A stretch of 64,000 nucleotides of DNA, taken from Octopus bimaculoides. Lineage: Eukaryota. Of the stretch, positions 61,601 to 64,000 are shown in pieces. Numbering within the stretch: position 1 is the first letter of the stretch; each line of letters begins with the position of its first letter. A program made the position numbers and the translations under genes. The notes beneath the pieces are model-generated. The model did not search any database. It worked only from the letters and a program-made list of their open reading frames with translations, and was not told the DNA's origin. The stretch is taken from positions 6,983,149 through 7,047,148 of the forward strand of contig NC_068989.1 in the NCBI RefSeq assembly GCF_001194135.2. Reading direction: 5' to 3'.

Positions 61601-62274
61601 GCCCTGTCTTTCCTTCTCTCACTTCAAATCAACTAAAAGGAAAAAAAGGACCATTACCTTTCACATGTTTAATGCGACTTAAATAGCAACTATACAAATG
61701 GTTTTTAGAAAAAATCAATATGCTTAGTAGTTTGTATATACGTCCTTCAGCTTTAGATAAAGGGTATTGGGGAAATAAAATAGCAAATATGACGAAGATG
61801 CCTTTAAGCGACCAAGATATGATAATAAATATCGGCAGCATTGTATCTCAATGCAATGATATTAGCTGTATATTATTTTCAGTGAAACTTTCCGAATATT
61901 TTATTGTATGTGAACGTTATTCTTATGATATATGTGACAAATAATAGCTCTATGAATAATCTCCAAAATCGCCAAATTATTAAATACTTTGACATCTTTG
62001 AAATGCTAAATCTACAATCTAGAATAAAGACCTCGTCTGGTGTTTTGTTTGTTTCTAGGAGAGGAAATGAAATATGTAAGTGAAGATGCCGAGCTGATAT
62101 GAAACTCATCAAAAACCTACGCAGAACGTAAATATTTTCAGATATGAAACTTTCTGCTACCCTATCTAAACAAAAAGATTTTTATTCATATCCTTAAGCA
62201 AAGCACTAGACGTAACGAAATCTTCTCATAGCAATCCACAAAAAGGATGGTCGTTAATAGATAATTCTGTCTCA

Positions 62275-62935
62275 CGGCGACGTGCTGGAGGGATCGTTAG
62301 TACGCCGGGCAAAATGCTTAGCGGCATTTCGTCTGTCTTCATGTTCTGAGTTCAAATTCCGCCGAGGTCGACTTTGCATTTCATCCTTTAGGAGGGGGGA
62401 GCAATAAAATAAGAACCACGTGACCTTTGGAATCGATGTAATCGACCTACCCCCTCGCCCAAGCTTGCTGACCTTTTGCCAAAATTTGAAATCAATGCAC
62501 AATTCTCTCTCGATGCGCAAGGATTTCATTTCGTTAAGCCTCGGGCCGACCAAAGTCTTGTGAGTGGATTTGGTAGACAGAAACTGAAAGAATCCCGTCG
62601 TATATATGAAAGTATATATTTATGTGTGTGTGTGTGTGTATGTTTGTATGTCTGATTGTTCCCCCAACATCGCTTGACAACTGATGGTGGTGTGTTTACG
62701 TCCCCGTAACTTAGCGGTTCGGCAAAAGAGANNNNNNNNNNTGTTCCCCCAACATCGCTTGACAACTGATGGTGGTGTGTTTACGTCCCCGTAACTTAGC
62801 GGTTCGGCAAAAGAGACCGATAGAATAAGTACTAGGCTTCCAAAGAATAAGTCCTGGGAGTCGATTTGCTCGACTAAATGCAGTGCTCCAGCATGGCCAC
62901 AGTCAACTGACTGAAACAAGTAAAAGAATAAAAGA
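62275..62935 (+). mobile_element. SINE A (62275-62495) followed by a 5'-truncated SINE B (62530-62935)
   Basis: Near-consensus sequences; the B tail is duplicated across a 10-N gap (62732-62741), an artefact. Confidence 0.88.
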
Positions 62936-63419
62936 GAGGATAGCTAATGAAGGGTAACGACGCAGATACGCATGCGTCTTACGGTCTGGTGACGTCATTC
63001 ATGGCCTAACGGTACGTTTACATCGATATTTATCTACAAGGAGAATGTCTTCTTTGGAGACATCTTATGCAGCGTATTCTCTTTCCATGTCCGAACACGC
63101 ATGAACATAACTGATATTAGATTTATTCATTTACTTCTGCCATAATGACTGAACTTCAGTAAAAATTGACATATCTCATTTTATCGAGACTTTTTTTTTC
63201 ATGATAATAAGTGGAAAAGCTGAATGCTATTATATTTTTTCTATATCTATTTTTATTTTTATTTTCTATGCTTTATTTAAATCTGTAGATTTTTATCAGC
63301 CTGAACGCAATATAAATAACATTACAGAATGCTGCATTACCAGTAAAATCCTTTAAAATCTTAATCACACACCGACACTCCCTCCCTCGCCAAACCAACT
63401 ACAATAAGTCCTCGACAGA

Positions 63420-64000
63420 TATTACTTTATGCCGCACATACTTAATTGCTACAATCACACACCAAACAATTCCCCCAACTATATCACCCTCACATATCAT
63501 GAAAACAAAATAAAGAACACTTCACAAATTCCAACAAAGCCCACCATAGATTCTTCTAACAGGAAACAGATTTACAGTTTTATAGAATTTAACACCATAA
63601 ATACCATGATAGATAATGTAGTAAATATATTCAGCAACAATAATTTTAAAGGCGTCAAAACAACTTATATACCATAAGGCAATATAAACAAAATAGATAT
63701 ATTGATAAAAACTAAAGACTGTCTCAAATGGAACCTAACAAAAACTCACACAACAGATATAAAAATTAACATTCAGAAAGTAAACATATAAATAACAAAA
63801 GAAATAATCAAACAAAACTGGAAAAATGGACAGCGATTGTATCCAGCATAAGCCATAAAATAATTGTTAAAAAAAAGCTACACAAAGGAATTAGCAATTA
63901 CTGCAACTTTATCTACAGCCAAACCATATCATGTACTGGGAAATTCAAACAGCATAACTACAATCCAAAAGTAAGCAAACTCTTACGCCAAAATATTTCC
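63420..64000 (+). pseudogene. A-rich, coding-like retroelement remnant (possibly a Penelope GIY-YIG region)
   Basis: Strong A/C strand skew; fragments such as NYCNFIYSQT..KFKQH weakly resemble C..C...YIGQT..EH; contains stops. Confidence 0.25.

Overview
AT-rich, gap-riddled eukaryotic (animal) genomic DNA, almost entirely intronic or intergenic and packed with repeats. The repeat content and microsatellite density suggest a coleoid cephalopod, probably Octopus; this is an inference and was not database-checked. No complete protein-coding gene is recognisable, and nearly all ORFs in the supplied track are translations of microsatellites or N-gaps. Supported content: (1) about 50 copies of three tRNA-headed SINE families, labelled A, B and C here, with nested, tandem and inverted arrangements; (2) decayed RT fragments of an R4/Dong-like non-LTR retrotransposon, some bordered by (TAA)n; (3) a hAT (DUF4371-like) transposase pseudogene; (4) a ~715-bp non-autonomous Helitron that keeps the C-terminus of its PIF1 helicase; (5) a TTAA-flanked piggyBac-type MITE and other inverted-repeat elements; (6) two degenerate minimal type I hammerhead-ribozyme folds of the kind found in Penelope-like elements; (7) a near-perfect 121-bp fold-back hairpin; (8) several short minus-strand candidate exons of an unidentified host gene, at low confidence. 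Many gaps and the duplications around 10-N gaps are assembly artefacts.
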